Position numbers and translations under genes: made by a program. Source: Candidatus Woesearchaeota archaeon (GTDB lineage Archaea; Nanobdellota; Nanobdellia; SCGC-AAA011-G17; PNOQ01). From it: a stretch of 64,000 bases of DNA. Where the stretch lies: contig JABIBT010000021.1 of NCBI GenBank assembly GCA_018652625.1, positions 14,502 to 78,501 on the forward strand. The letters run 5' to 3'. The notes beneath the pieces are model-generated. The model had not been told where the DNA came from. It saw nothing but the letters and a program-made list of their open reading frames with translations, and searched no databases. Shown here one piece after another: positions 63,789 through 64,000 of this stretch (its first letter is position 1; the number at the start of each line of letters is the position of its first letter).

Positions 63789-64000
63789 ATGATTGAAGTT
63801 TTAAGATTAGGACATAGAATTTCTAGAGATAAAAGGATTAGTACCCATGTTGCTTTAGTTGCTAGAACTTTTGGTGCTTCTAGACTTTATTATACTGGAC
63901 AGAAAGATGGCGAGATGGAATCCTCTGTTTGTAAAATTGTTTCTAAATTTGGTGGAGACTTTTCTGTTGAACATGTTAAAGATTTTAAAAAGTTGTTTCT
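63789..64000 (+). CDS. trm56: tRNA (cytidine56-2'-O)-methyltransferase aTrm56 (SPOUT); the 3' end lies beyond the window.
   Basis: MIEVLRLGHRISRDKRISTHVALVARTFGA matches the conserved archaeal Trm56 N-terminus (M-I-x-VLRLGHR-x2-RDKR-x-TTHVAL-x-ARAFGA). It is missing from the ORF track because no stop is reached. Confidence 0.8.
   Translation, partial: MIEVLRLGHRISRDKRISTHVALVARTFGASRLYYTGQKDGEMESSVCKIVSKFGGDFSVEHVKDFKKLF

Overview
The window is visibly AT-rich, very gene-dense and clearly archaeal. The evidence is AglB with a WWDFG motif, aTrm56, class III (prepilin-type) signal peptides, BHB tRNA introns, and TATA boxes 28-33 nt upstream of most start codons. The gene content suggests a small-genome, DPANN-like uncultivated lineage, but that is inference. 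Layout: (i) 1-9.2 kb is a cell-envelope locus. It holds a giant Cys-rich modular protein that runs off the left edge, four tandem KG|Q pilin-like genes, a Methanococcales-type S-layer gene with a long structured leader, and two anchored paralogs. (ii) 9.2-9.9 kb holds a LAGLIDADG ORF that reads into a tRNA-Ser(UGA) carrying two BHB introns. (iii) 12.5-17.7 kb is the AMP-salvage operon: AMP phosphorylase, ribose-1,5-bisphosphate isomerase and form III RuBisCO, plus a HAD phosphatase and a permease. (iv) 17.8-21.5 kb is a PAPS module (cysQ, cysD, cysN fused to a degenerate APS-kinase-like domain). (v) 21.5-58 kb is a very large glycan locus. It encodes ADP-heptose, CMP-nonulosonate and GDP-perosamine-type pathways, a sulfotransferase with a canonical cysC, many GT2/GT4/GT9 enzymes, a flippase and methyltransferases. 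It also holds a HIT-like protein with two NTase/TMK-like fusion paralogs of unknown role, and an aglB operon with an ArnC/ArnT/ArnEF-like module. (vi) 58-64 kb holds asnB, tRNA-Ser(CGA), a Cys-rich E5 pilin with a 41-aa leader, secF/secD and the start of trm56. I saw no rRNA, CRISPR array, integrase or transposase. All functional calls come from reading motifs in the translations; no database search was possible.
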